The notes under the pieces: generated by a model | The model's input: only the letters and a program-made list of their open reading frames with translations | Told to the model about the DNA's origin: nothing | The model's database searches: none | Shown: positions 26,995 to 40,427 of the stretch, piece after piece | How positions within the stretch are numbered: position 1 is the stretch's first letter | How the letters are laid out: each line of letters begins with the position of its first letter | From: Adineta vaga | Lineage: Eukaryota > Animalia > Rotifera | Direction of reading: 5' to 3' | Assembly: GCA_021613535.1 (NCBI GenBank) | Contig: CP075493.1 | Span: forward strand, 4,092,001-4,156,000 | DNA: 64,000 bases | Program-made: the position numbers and the translations under genes

Positions 26995-27463
26995 TCAATG
27001 AAATTTGAACAGCATAGCAAAGACACTTAGAAGAATCAATGCTGACACTTTATAAGTCGCTGTGGCACCATTACAAAGATCACTTTGACAACAGGCTTGA
27101 CCAATACCGAATATAAAAGGAGTCGCCGTACAACTTGATGCACCATATCGAGAGACAAGTGAACTGGTCACACCGAGTTTCTACAAGCATATTTTGATAA
27201 TAATTCTAATCATATCAATATAAATCTCATCATGAACTTACAACACAATATGTATTCGATGCAGAGCTATATTGTGTAACATTGGAATTGCTGGAACTGA
27301 ACGGATCATTACAACCTGTTAAACCTGATGAACAGACATAACAGTTGAGACCAGTACAAACTGGTAATAAGACTAGAAAGATAGTGATTAACATTGGGAA
27401 AGATCATTGATCGAAAATGGTGAAATGCTTACCAAGAAGAACGATAGCTATGGTTGTGTACAT
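26995..27463 (-). CDS. Ly6/three-finger (quiver/sleepless-like) GPI-anchored protein, copy A (not in ORF track)
   Basis: Three exons give MYTTIAIVLLVLLPVCTGLNCYVCSSGLTGCNDPF...YCV|KLGV...CTATPFIFGIGQACCQSDLCNGAT...SALILLSVFAMLFKFH. This has the LxCYxC start, the CCxxDxCN end and a hydrophobic tail. Confidence 0.88.
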
Positions 27464-28824
27464 TGTGAAATGTTGTCGATGAAAATTTTGCTCAGATAAT
27501 TGATGGTTGTTTCCGTTCTTTCTTTTCTTTTATACAGATAAATTTTGTTGACATATGTGTATATTTTAAAAACGAAGAGGGAGAACAATGGAATAAAAAT
27601 AACAAAGTAAAAGAGTTGACGCAGACAGATACTCTTGCGTTGCGTAGGATGATAATCATGCTTTTGGTTTAACCCAATTTATGGAAGGAATAACAAAAAA
27701 TGAGCTAACTGTTGTGTTCTCTCCGAAGAAATTTCACACTGCACATACTCATCGTTCTTCGAGGAAAAGAATTACAAGGGAATTTTTATTTATGTTTATT
27801 TTCTATGTATATCGATGAATGTTTGTCTGTATTCCACCGACTCTATAGAACCTCAATAGTGAATATACATTATATAATTATATTCTTTCGGATAGATATC
27901 AATCCAACAAAAGAAACTTATGCCGTACGCAGTCTCACCAATAGACTGCAATCCTACGTCATTAAAGTCACGTTTGAGTAAACGATTACTTTTACGTCAT
28001 TCTATCGAGACGAAAAAACAAATTTTCATGAGAAAGAATTTGTACTCAGATTCATGCGAAATTATCAAAGATACACAAGTAGAATAAATAAAGCCTTTAC
28101 TAACTCACATTTTCTTTCGAAAAAAATACAACATGTGAAAGACGTCATTCACTTCTTGTACATATTTTCTCAGACATTAGAAATCAAGCATTTGAGATTA
28201 TGACGTCAGCAACTCATTTATACAATCGCTTGTTTTATACTGATTAGAAAAGTGAAGAATAAGTTGAACTCGAAATTTATCGACGGAGCATTATTCACAG
28301 ATTTAATAAATAGCTGAAGTTAAATTCACATTTAATCATTTCTTAATTTCTATCTGAAGTTGTATCAGCAATTTAGAAAGAAATTTATCAATCGGATAAA
28401 CTCCAGGTTAAGCTGATCAGAATAGAATATTAGAGATCAGATAAGAACGTTGAACTTGACAAAATCAAGAAAATTTATGATAATTTTTCACTTTAAAGAT
28501 ATAAAAACAAGTTTTTATGGAAAATTCTCGTCCGAAGTTTATTTGACAATCAGAAAAAATACAAGTAAATGGAATTTTAAATAACTCGAGCATAATTCTG
28601 AGTCTTCCAAATTGCATACGTGAAATAAAAAACAACCTGGGTTTTTTTTTGAATATTTTATTTGCATTACACGTTGTTTAATCAAGGTAATGACGTCACA
28701 AGATCAAACAGAAAAAATAATGAATTTCAATACAAGATTTTCTTAAAAACTTACGGAAAGCATACAAATACATGAGCAAACAAAGAATATTGACAAATGA
28801 GAAAAGTTATTCTGTCTTATGTGA

Positions 28825-29294
28825 TCAATGAAATTTGAACAGCATAGCAAAGACACTTAGAAGAATCAATGCTGACACTTTATAAGTCGCTGTGGCACCA
28901 TTACAAAGATCACTTTGACAACAGGCTTGACCAATACCGAATATAAAAGGAGTCGCCGTACAACTTGATGCACCATATCGAGAGACAAGTGAACTGGTCA
29001 CACCGAGTTTCTACAAGCATATTTTGATAATAATTCTAATCATATCAATATAAATCTCATCATGAACTTACAACACAATATGTATTCGATGCAGAGCTAT
29101 ATTGTGTAACATTGGAGTTGCTGGAACTGAACGGATCATTACAGCCTGTTAAACCTGATGAACAGACATAACAGTTGAGACCAGTACAAACTGGTAATAA
29201 AACTAGAAAGATAAGTGATTAACATTGGGAAAGATCATTGATCGAAAATGGTGAAATGCTTACCAAGAAGAACGATAGTTATGGTTGTGTACAT
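28825..29294 (-). CDS. Ly6/three-finger protein, copy B (near-identical to copy A)
   Basis: Same sequence as 26995-27463 apart from about five differences seen by eye. Confidence 0.88.
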
Positions 29295-30108
29295 TGTGAA
29301 ATGTTGTCGTTGAAAAATTAGTTGAAGAAAATGGTAGTTTTATTCAATTTTTACTTCTCTTTATATAGATAGAGGTTGTCTATGTTACAGTCAACATTTC
29401 ATCAACAACTTTTCTTTTGACGTAGACAGTCTTTTCTGTATACAAATAAAGAAAAAGAAAAGTAGAAAACAAATAAAATCGGTTCTGAACGTAATTATAC
29501 AATATAAACCTAGTTACAAATACGTTGATGACGTCTTTTCATATGGTATGATTCTATTCCGTTACTTTTTTCTCGAAAATTGCAATATATGTTTTCAATA
29601 TGAATCATTAAAGGAACAAACGGGAAATGTGTAGGTTTTTTTTCTCCGATAAGTAAGCACATTTGTAAATATATAGAATGATCTCAAACGAAATTGATGT
29701 GGTTTCATTAATTTAACCTGTATGCGGTGACATAAATATAAAGAAAAGAGAACTTTCTATTTGATGATTGTCAATGGAAGAGATTGTGACAATTATTACT
29801 TGTCTACGATTGTTATTTTCAATAACTTTTTAAGTTTCAATATTGATAAAATGATTTGACAACATATTGCAGTTTATACTTTGATTATCTATAAAAATCG
29901 ACTTTCAAACTAACAAATATTTCATTATGAACTATTCAATGGATGTGCGACATTGAATTTCTAAATTTTCAAAGATTTTCCATTCAAACAAATGAAATTA
30001 TAATTCAAAAATCCTCATATATGATAAATATTTCGATTGAAATTTATTTGAATAGAATATTTGTTCTTGTTCAATCATCTTTTATATATAAAATAAAATA
30101 AATTCTAT

Positions 30109-31146
30109 CTATGGTATTTGTTTGTTTTTTCTTACTAATTTATAAAATGAATTGATAACTCTTAACATAATTAATCTTAATAAACCAGTAAATAATGATT
30201 GCCAAAGAATTTCGCAACAAGTTGTTACTGGTTGTGCACCACATGTTAGACAAGTCAATAGAAAACCATTTAAACCATATGAACATGTAAATGAACCTTG
30301 TTTTGTTGCATGAATGATTTTTTTTGCAACAGAAGCAGCTGTTAAAACACCAGATGTTTCATTAATCATTTGTGTTTCTTTTGGTTTAGTTTTATTTTCT
30401 TCTTTAAAACCTGGTGTATCCGTATCGGGAGGAAAAACTAAGGTTATATAAATATTTTCTCGTGCTAATTCCATTTGAAGTGATTCAGCTAGACCTTTTA
30501 AAGCAAATTTTGTTGAACAATACGATGTATAACCAAAAACACCTAATTGACCAGCTTGCGACGATACAAAAACGATTCGACCAGATCCACGACGTTGCAT
30601 CGACGGCAAGCAGGCTTGTGTACAATAAATAGAACCCAAATAATTAATTCTCACTAAAAAATAAAATTCATTTGATAAATTTCATTCCATTTGATTAACT
30701 TTGTCTTACTCATTTCGGCAAATTCTTCGGGTTTAGTTTGGAAAAGGTCGTGCATAATAAATAGCAGCATTATTAATAAGAATATCAACTGGTTTGTCGA
30801 GATGATGATGGATCGATTGTTGTATAGCTTGTTCAACTTGTTCATAAGATTCAGATATATCAACAGATAAACAAAGAAGGCGATCACTTAAATTCGGTGT
30901 TAATTCTCTTCGACATTCTTCCAAACGTTCATGATTCCGTGCTAAAATTGTAACACGTGCTCCATGTTCATGAAGTAATTGTCTGGCTAATTCTTTTCCA
31001 ATTCCACTCGAACCACCAGTAATAATAACATGACAATCATATAAATCATCGAGATATTTTGGACGATATAATGGTCGATAAAGATAGATCAAAATTGTTA
31101 ATAATGCAAGAGCACCAATAGCACAAAGAATAATAGTCAACAACAT
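30109..31146 (-). CDS. KDSR: 3-ketodihydrosphingosine reductase (SDR family), with apparent frameshift near 30741
   Basis: N-terminal TM, HVIITGGSSGIG, INYLGS, VFVSSQAGQLGVFGYTSYCSTKFALKGLAESLQME and FPPDTDTPGF..EN..KP.ET. Intron at ~30710-30655. Confidence 0.9.
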
Positions 31147-31545
31147 TTTTTATCTCTTTTTTTTCATTATCAATAATGCAAGAAAGGAAGAACACATGTG
31201 GAGTCGTATCGAAGAAAAAAAGAACGTTTTATCAGGTGAAAAAGTCGAATGTCATCAAATCGAAAACTAGCAAATAAGAAAGAACCTTCTCCTTTTTTTT
31301 CTCCGAAAGTTATTTCAATGGCTGATCATTTTTCTTTTATTGAAAACGTAGATTTAATTTCTTTTTAAATTATCAGATAGATTAAGTGACAGTATATAGG
31401 TCAATGTCGACGACAAAGTTCAGTTGGTTAAGATATATTCAATATATATGAAAAGGTTCTTTCTTTCTTCTCCTTTGTCCTTCTATTCACATTATCATCA
31501 TCGTGAATCCGATGTGTTTCAGAGGAATTTATTTTTATTTTCAAT

Positions 31546-32200
31546 CTAAATACAACATTGAATATCTTTAGGACTGGCACAAAAACCTGAAATCGATCGA
31601 CCATTACATTTTGATGTTGAAATACATATACCTGCAACTCCATTTACTCTGCATTTAGGTTCAGTTACAATGCTTGAACCACTACCACAACCTAAAACAT
31701 TCTTTGCTTTTCCTCCAATATTGTTCTCGGTCAGTTTGTCCATTCGTTCCACCATTGATTTTCATTGCAATCATTCGAAATGAAGCTAATGTATCTTGAT
31801 CAGCAAGGTCACTTAGTTTTCTTGTTGTCCAAAATCAAACATTTGTACGAAAACCAACATATGGAGTTTTAACTCGTTCAGAATTGCTCGACCTGTAAGT
31901 TGAATTGTTCCACGACCCTAAGTCGTTTTCCATCACCAGGTTGTATAGTACCAAAATCTTTACGACCTTCATATGCTTCAACTGATGCAATCTCTTCCAT
32001 ATATACTAATTGACTGGATTCATGTGCTAATTGAGCTAAAAATACAGCTTGAGGTTGCCATGTATTGATGGAGCCCTTGCACTTGGCATAATTGCTTTCA
32101 ATTGTTCAGCAGTAATGGCTGTAAATATAGACAAACAAATAATAATTTTTTCCAACTTAATAATCAAATTATTACCTGCATATGATTGTAATCTATTGAT
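31546..32200 (-). pseudogene. Decayed glycoside hydrolase family 19 (bacterial/phage chitinase-endolysin type) gene with C-terminal six-Cys module
   Basis: Manual translation across frames: QSYA|AITAEQLKAIMP, INTWQPQAVFLAQLAHESSQLVYMEEIASVEAYEGRKDFGTIQPGDGKR, GRGTIQLTGRA, FWTTRKLSDLADQD...KINGGTNGQTDREQYW, AKNVLGC...CRVNGVAGICISTSKCNGRSISGFCASPKDIQCCI. There are several frameshifts and internal deletions, and a GT-AG intron at 32175-32119. Confidence 0.85.
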
Positions 32201-32714
32201 GCGTACTGTCTACAGGTGGTTTCATTGAATTTTGATACTTCAAAATATTTTCGCTAAGTAAAGATGAAGAAAAATGAAAACATCTATTTTTTCTATGATT
32301 CTACTTATAGTATATCATAAAAATTCCAACAATTCGTCTGGTTCTAACTATCGCGCAAAGAAGTTTATTTAGTTTTGTTATTGGTTAGCTACTAATAGTC
32401 TGATGACAAAACTCAACAGGAGATTGTATTAGTAAATGTCAATATCCTTCGATGGATCACCTGATACTCATATAAGCTAAATATATTAAATCTATTTTAT
32501 TCATATATGTGTGATTTAAAAAATATGAAGTATACCAGTTTCGTCATTTGAGAATACATCTTATATTTAGAGACTGTAGTTCTTATCATTTACGTTGTAA
32601 TATCATGGTTGAATATTATCAATTTATATAAAAAAATTGAAATTCGTCGATAATTTCATATACACAAAGTTTGCACAAAGATAGGTCTATGAACATGTTC
32701 TTTGGCATACTACT

Positions 32715-34400
32715 TTAAGAAATTGATTTTAACCATCCATGATATCGAACAATTAATCCAGTGAATTTATGTTTAATTTCTACATGAAAGAAAAATTGAC
32801 CATTATTTTCATATTCATAAGAATCACCAGTCGGCGCTAGAAAGAATGGTAATGGAATTCCGAGAAAATTCCATTTTCGAACGATTAAATGTAATTGTCC
32901 CGATCGAATTACTAATGCTAATCCAAAAGTAAACGGACCAAATCGTTCGTTTAATAAATGATCGGATTGACTGTAGCCTTGCGTTTGCCAACTTGAAAAA
33001 GATTTATTTGCAAATGTTCGCGTCCATAATTCTCCATTCGCATCAGGTCGAAATACAACTTGAACTGGTATCTCTTGTCCAGCTTTGGGAAATCCGAATA
33101 ATAGGGCGATCAATTTTGATGTCATACTAGTACCACGTTCTACACTTGCAATTCCTGCAACTTTATTGATTGTTTTAAATGAATGCATTTTTTGTATAGA
33201 TTCAGGTAATTGATACCATGCTTGATCAAGTAGTTTTTGATATAAAGTCAACGATGTATTGCTGAGATTTTTTGAATCACGTTGTCCTGTAATAATATCA
33301 TATTTTCGAAATAATTCTTCATAATCTTCAAGTTCAAGATCCATGACTGCTGTTCGAGCACCACTCTCAGGTTTCTTTCCATCCAATGATCGACGAATAA
33401 GAGCATCGATACCCATGACTGGAATGAATGGACCAGTATTTTCATTGGCAATTAAATGCCAAGATCGTTCATGTTTCTCACCTTGTTGGTCAATACCATT
33501 AATGGATACAAACATACCACCACGATGTTCACCCCAACGAATCAATTTAATCGCACGATGAAATATTGGTGACAATGGATATAAACTAGGAATCCATCTC
33601 TGCCGTACTAACGAAGCTAAACTAGTTAATGCTCGATGTAAAATTTCTGGTTTTGTACCAGCACCAACCCATATTGTATCAATATCTGGCCATAAATCAC
33701 GTAAAATGTAATAATCAGGTACATCAACTAATGCAAAACGACGATTATGTAATGGTAACGAACCCGGTGGACTTATTGTATATCGCATGGTTTCTATTAA
33801 ACCATAAGCTGATGTCAATTGTCCATGACGAACAAGATGCATTTTTTGACCTGCATAACTTGTAATTGCACGTACAACATTGAGACCGATATCAATTTGT
33901 GGTGATGGTGCAATACCAACTTTAATTGATTGTATTTTAGACCAATTCTTAGCTAAACGTCGAACAACTACAGCCGATAATACTGGAAGAGTGCTAACAC
34001 CAGAAAGTAAATAGATATTTTTTGATTTTGCTTCTTGATCAAATTGCTTGATATCTCTGACGAATTGTGAACTATCAGCTAAATCAAAATAATGAGTCGA
34101 TGTTGCTAAACATGCTTTAACAACTCGATATGGATCATTGCCATAGGATTGAAATGGTCCAGTTGCATCAACAACTAGATCTGGTTGAATTGATCGTAAA
34201 CGATTGTCAATATCTAATTGATTTCGATCGAAATATAAGGGTTCTAGTTTTGCTAAACTATTCGTTTGTTGTTTACAAAATTCTTCAGCATTTTTTATTG
34301 ATCGACCTGCAATCAATAATGTTAATTGAGATTTGTTCGATAATAATTGACATAAACGACTACCGAATGTTCCGTAACCACCAATCAATAAAATCTTCAT
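32715..34400 (-). CDS. Saccharopine dehydrogenase-like NAD(P)-binding oxidoreductase fused to DUF4166 (bacterial-type)
   Basis: MKILLIGGYGTFG, VVDATGPFQ.Y, HYFDLAD, GVSTLP.LS. C-terminal LYQKLL..AW..LP..IQKMH...ELWTRTF...L.ERFGP matches the DUF4166 pattern. Uninterrupted 561-aa ORF. Confidence 0.85.
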   Translation of the reverse strand: MKILLIGGYGTFGSRLCQLLSNKSQLTLLIAGRSIKNAEEFCKQQTNSLAKLEPLYFDRNQLDIDNRLRSIQPDLVVDATGPFQSYGNDPYRVVKACLATSTHYFDLADSSQFVRDIKQFDQEAKSKNIYLLSGVSTLPVLSAVVVRRLAKNWSKIQSIKVGIAPSPQIDIGLNVVRAITSYAGQKMHLVRHGQLTSAYGLIETMRYTISPPGSLPLHNRRFALVDVPDYYILRDLWPDIDTIWVGAGTKPEILHRALTSLASLVRQRWIPSLYPLSPIFHRAIKLIRWGEHRGGMFVSINGIDQQGEKHERSWHLIANENTGPFIPVMGIDALIRRSLDGKKPESGARTAVMDLELEDYEELFRKYDIITGQRDSKNLSNTSLTLYQKLLDQAWYQLPESIQKMHSFKTINKVAGIASVERGTSMTSKLIALLFGFPKAGQEIPVQVVFRPDANGELWTRTFANKSFSSWQTQGYSQSDHLLNERFGPFTFGLALVIRSGQLHLIVRKWNFLGIPLPFFLAPTGDSYEYENNGQFFFHVEIKHKFTGLIVRYHGWLKSIS

Positions 34401-34696
34401 CTAGAAAGTGATTTTTCTTTCATTTCGTTTATGTAGATGTAAATAAGTGGAGAGAAAACCTTTTTTTTTACACGTGATTGCAATCATCATTTCTCTTGCG
34501 AAGAAAAAAACAGAAACAGAAGAGAAATGATTTGATCGATAAAGATACTTTTTGAAAAACAAATTTTGACACGTATCATGGAGAGAAAAACGTTGTTACT
34601 TTATTTATTAAATATCTATGAAAAATGCAAAAATATTATAGTGTCAACACCAAACAATTCATTCAAACTATTTATAAAAAACAAAGAAAACTTGAG

Positions 34697-35163
34697 TTAA
34701 GCAAATAATAAAATCAATATGGACAGAATAATCAAAGTTGTCAATCCAGTGAATTTCATGCTTCCATTACAATAATCCTTATCCGAACAACAATAAATTA
34801 TACTACTACCAGGGCCACTTCCAGGAGTACAAGATCGACCACCTGCCATACGTTCTACATAACTTGGATAGACAACTTTCTAATAAATTTAAAAAAATCA
34901 AAAGAAATCTAGAACATTATTCATACTGCACAATATTTATTGCCAGGAACTGGAAGATCTCCTGATGTTGTCTCATCGTATGGATCATTACATCCTGAAT
35001 GACTCCATCCAACACATGATACACAATTGATTCCATCTACATCTGGTAATAATACTAAATTGATAAATAAGATATATTGTATTTGTTCAATATGCGAAAG
35101 ATTCTTACCAAATAGACATAAAGACAGAAAAATATACGAAATCATGTTTATTCTCTTGCTCAT
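34697..35163 (-). CDS. Ly6/three-finger (quiver-like) GPI-anchored protein, third paralog
   Basis: Three exons: signal peptide, GINCVSC......GCNDPY...YCA|KVV...SCTPG...YCCSDKDYCNGS, hydrophobic tail. Intron positions match copies A and B. Confidence 0.85.
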
Positions 35164-35846
35164 TATTGTTTGAATTTATCGAGAAGTAAGACAAATGAAT
35201 GAGCGCATAAGAAAAGATGAAATTTCATTCTTATTTATTTTCGATTTATATGTAAATTTTTCAATCTATTTGTTTTCATTTGTTTACGTTGAATAGAATT
35301 ATGATTTGCTGATGAAATAAAATCAAAAAACGAAGATTTATCAAGTAAAAGAGGACAACGTACATGTCGGAATAACTCTATCAAAAGAAAAAAAGCTTGC
35401 CAATGATTAAAACATATAAATCTGTTGTAAATTGCAAGACAGAAAAATTGTGTGTAAGTTTATTGAATAATCAAAAAAAAGAGGAGAGAAAAAAACGATA
35501 TTTCCATTCATCGTACTTATAGAAAAAGAGATAATCTGTGTAAATAATTGAGTACATATACGTATATATTTAAACGAGAATGGTCTATGTATTTTGACAA
35601 TGGTGAAATCAATGAAAAAGAAAACTGCGAGTAAGAAATTGACATGAAAACAAGAAGAAATTGTTGCTAACTTTTATGAATATGAAAAAACAAACAAACA
35701 TAAAGAAGACAAATAATTAATTTTTTCTTTTCCTATACAAGACATGGTGTTGTTCACTGTGTGATGAGACGAATACATAAATTAGAGAGAGAGAGAGATA
35801 AGAAAAAACAGAGACCAAGACAATTGAACTGAACGAAGTTAGAAGT

Positions 35847-38800
35847 TCACTGCTCAAGTTCATCAGCAATGTTTGATTCATTGTATCGTGCAGATCCCTC
35901 TCCTTGAGAAGGAACACCTGGTGATGTTCGACAAGGTTCAAATGGGATACTTTCATTTTCATGATTAGGACTACTTGTTAACTGATGTTGATCTATTGAT
36001 GACGGTTCATTAGTTGAAGATGTCGATGGTTGAGTAGGTGTTAAAAATGAAGATGAAGGAGATGATAAACTAGGAATGGATGGGAGGGTTATATCTACAT
36101 AAAAGAAACGGATTTTATGGTATGATCGTTAGAAAATAAGCAATGAGATTTACTAATTGATGGATTGTCTTGTGATTGAAATGTCGATGGCTTTTGTTGT
36201 AAATCAGATGAAGTCGATGGTGATAATGAAGCTTGATCGTCATTAGTAAAATCGTCTTGTTCATCCTACGAAAAAGAAAATCATATGGGTTTAAATTATT
36301 CTCTTCTTTTCTTTGCAAAATAAAGAGTACGAACATTTATTGATGGTGAAGCAAATATCATTACTGTGGATGATTGATCCGAAAGAAGTCGTTGTGATGG
36401 TTGAATACAAGAGGTTTGGGAAACATTATTCATAGACATCATTCTAGAAAAGAAAAATCAATCGAGACTTGATTAAAAATTTGCCAAAAAAGAAGGACTA
36501 TTTTACCGAACAATGGCATCCGTTTGTTGTTCAGTTGATAGTGGTGATGATTTCGGAGGATATAATGTATTTAATCGACTTTGTTTATAAACAAGAAAAG
36601 CTTGTTCTAATTCATCGAATTGTTTTCGTTCTTTACGCATTGCTGTGAGTGTACGAGAATATTCTGTTTGTTGTTGAGATAAACGTGGCATTTCTTGTTC
36701 TTCTTCCGGTGTACATAATGACTAATAAATAAGAATGGAAAGACAAAGATGGTAATAATAATCAAAGAATAATGGATTGTAAGTGTCTCTTACTTGTTTT
36801 TGTTTTTTTAATAAAATATTTCGTTTTTTCTTAATATCAGCAAGATTTGTTTCATCTGCTTTAATTCTTAAACTATTGATTTCTCGTCGTTGTTTTAACC
36901 ATCGTGCATAACGTTCGAATTGTTCTTCATTGATATTTGCATTAATATTAGTTGGATCATTATCTCGACCAACACTAACAAGACCACTTAATTCTGGTGG
37001 TGGAGATTGTTGATATAGTGGATGTGTTATTGCTTGTTGAAGAAGATGAACAGCATGTGCAAGACTTAATGGAGCTTGTTGGGTAGTCGAATTGCTGGCT
37101 GTTTTACTAGTTCGTTCTACTGACCATTCTGTTGATGATTGTTGCTGTTGTTGTTGTTGTTGCTGCTGTTGTTGTTGCTTATCTTTGAAATCTCGTTCGA
37201 GTAAATCTTCTAGTGAAATTGATGGATCCGTAGTAGTTGCTGCTAAATAGAGGAATGAAATAAATGAATTTTGTGTTAAAGAATACGTTCGTTTTTCTTA
37301 ATAATTCTGATAAAAATGTCATGCTGAAGCAAAATTGGCGAAGAAAAGAAAGAATAGTAATCAGATGAAATATATTATTTTGCGTTGTAGCAGCATGAGC
37401 AATATAGTAGCTATCTAGTTTGTTGGTCAACTTGTGTTTTATTACTTTGAACTCACCATCGCCATTACCGGCGATTGTTAATATTTTTGAACGTGAAAAT
37501 AAATCTGTTCGTTTTTTTTATTTTGATTGAAAATGAAAACTATCGAATGAATTCAACCTACCAAGAAAATGATTATCAGTTTGAGGATGTTGATTCATTG
37601 GCCAGGCACGCTTTATCTGTATAGGTGCTTGTGTAACATTTGTTTGTTGTTGTTGTTGTTGTTGTTGTTGTTCATGTGGTGATGATGCTAAGATTGATGA
37701 AATACGTTCGGCAACGATTTGTTGTTGTTCATGTTGAGGTACACCAGCTGTATTAATGACATTCGTTGTTGCTGGTAATAGATCATGATGATGCTGTTGT
37801 TGTTGAGGATGATAATGGGAATAAGAGGGTGGACCACGCATGGCAGCAATATTTAATGTTGGTTGCTGTTGATAATTTGACCACTCGTGTGATTGTTGTT
37901 GAATATACGGATGATGAGTAGTGATCATATGTTGAGATTGAATTTTTGGTTGAGGTAAAGGTACAATTTGAACAGGTATAGAAGATGGATGTGAAGTTGA
38001 AGGAGTTTCTTGAGGAATAACGCCAGCACCGGAAATAACATCATTGATTACTTCATCGATCTGTTCAAGAACATGTGGTGGAACAGCTAAAAATAGAAGA
38101 AAAAAAATTCAAATGTTTTTGTCGAATCAATAACTTTGAAGTATCAGTATACGATTCAGATCAAAATTACTCACATTGTAATGGGTCAGCTCGTCCTTTG
38201 CTTGTATTGATAGATTCATTCAGCGAATCATCTTGTCCTTCAGTTTTGACTTGTTGTTCATCGAAAGACATCGATTCATGTTTTACAAGTGTTTGTTGAG
38301 GTGGTTTTTGCGTCTGTATTGATCGTTTACTAGGATCGTTTGGTGGTGATTGATGTCCACTCGTAGATAATGTTAACTGATGATGATGAACTGATGAAGG
38401 AGAAAATTGTGATGCTGGTTGAACAACAATGGTCGGTGAATGCTGTGGATGAGGAAGATGCATAGATTGTGGTGGAGGTGGTGGTGGTGGTGGTTGTTGT
38501 TGAGATGAATAAGGTGACATATGAGGGTGTGGTTGTTGTTGTTGCATTACCATCGAATGCTGTTGTTGAGGATTAGGTGTCATTGGGCGATGATGTGGAC
38601 TGAATTGTGGTGAAACTTGGTGATGTTGCTGCTGTTGTTGCATATGTTGATGTGCTGGACTTTCAGGCTAAAAAGTGATAAGAGAAAATAGTTTAAATAG
38701 AAAAGTTCAAAGATTTTCATTTGTACCATTCGTTGAAATGTGTCAGTTGTTCCTTGTTGTACAACAACTGTATGTTGTCCCTGCCCTTGCTGAGTATATT

Positions 38801-40396
38801 GGACATAATGAGTGGGTTGTTGTTGTTGTTGTTGTTGACTAGGTGGTGATGCAAAAATGAACCGTGTTGGCTGACCAGTTGTACCAACTGATGTAGGAGT
38901 TCGAACAAAATTCGATGCATCTTGCTGAGGAAATCGTGGCATTATTTGTTGTGGTCTTGGTGTTATACCACGTGGTAACAATTGTGGTTGCTGTTGAGGT
39001 TTCATTTGGTTTTGATTTGCATAAGGCGATTGCTGTTGATGATATGGAGATGTTTCATCCATAGGTGAAACATGATGATAAGATGTATTTGCATCTGATG
39101 ATGATGTCGATTTTCGTATAGGATTATTACCTACATTCGTAGTTGAATGAAGAATAGGTGTTGACTCTGCTGATGATGATTGATGAAGAATAGGACGTGG
39201 TGTTGATGGTGTATATTCAAAATATGGCGAACTTTGAGATTGTTGTTGAGGAGGTGGACCTTGCTGTTGTGGAGGAAAATTGAATCGTTGTGGTGCAGGA
39301 TAACCAGCTGGTGCAGGAACAACTGTACCATATCTATTCAAACAGAAGAATTGATAAAAAATTCTTTTAACGTAAACAATATTTCTTTGAAATCTATTAT
39401 ATTTGTTTCGTTCAATCAAATATTCGACTCAATACTCATGTATAGATTAGAGTCTAAACACTTCTTTTATAGAGAAATAGTTTACCCAGATTGTTGTTGT
39501 GGTGGTGGTCTTTGCATTTGTTGTTGCTGTTGTGTTGGATATGGTTGATGATGAAACGCAGGAGCTGTATTTGGTGTATTAACCATCAAATTTCCACTAC
39601 CAGGTGAATACATTTGTCTTGTTTGTTGATACATATGTGAAGTTAAATGATCTTGATGTTCTGTCGGATGAACAACAACAGTTGTTGTTTCATTTGTTGC
39701 CGATGATGAGGGTGTTGATGAACGACTTTCACTACCAGCTCCACCATCATTATTATCTTCAGGTTCACTTGATTGTTGTTTTGAAGAATTTTTTCGTTTT
39801 GTACCTTTAGATGTTGTCGATGATTGACTACTTGTACTTTTCAATACACGCCGTTTAGTTCGATTTAAACGTGCTTGCTGTGTATAATTTTGTTTCGCAT
39901 CGGTCGGAACTTTACGCCAGATTTTTTTCATTTGTTTAAATCGTTCATTGAAATCTTAACAAGAAATGCAATTGATTAAAAAAACAAAACCAAGAAAAAT
40001 AAAGTATAAACAAAAATCATATGTAATGAAATAATATATTTTCTTTTTCCCTAGACTTTACTCACACGGAGATATATAATGTAGGACTGAAATTGAATTG
40101 GTGTTTAAAATGCAAGATCAAGAAAAGGACTGATGATTTACTTACCAGGAAATTGTTGTTTTAAATCTGGATGATTCACATTACAGTAAAGTACATTAGA
40201 CATAGTCGCATGTGTACCTAATAATTCATCTTCACGTGTTCGTTCCACTAAATTAGTATGTTCAGCAGTTGATGAACCAGATCGATCCTGTGTTGGAGTT
40301 ATACTAGCTGACGTTGGAGTCGTTGCTGTTGGCATCAATGGCATACGTATCAGTTCTTGTTGCTGAGACCAACTCTGTTGCTGCTGCTGCTGCTGC

Positions 40397-40427
<31 letters not shown>

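Noticed and set aside
33248-34411. Antisense and alternate-frame ORFs overlapping real genes (also many in 37000-44800)
   Set aside because: Shadow ORFs of the coding strand with no independent motifs.
39955-40145. Another longer-than-usual KMT2-like intron as a possible snoRNA host
   Set aside because: No convincing box elements or stable stems by eye.
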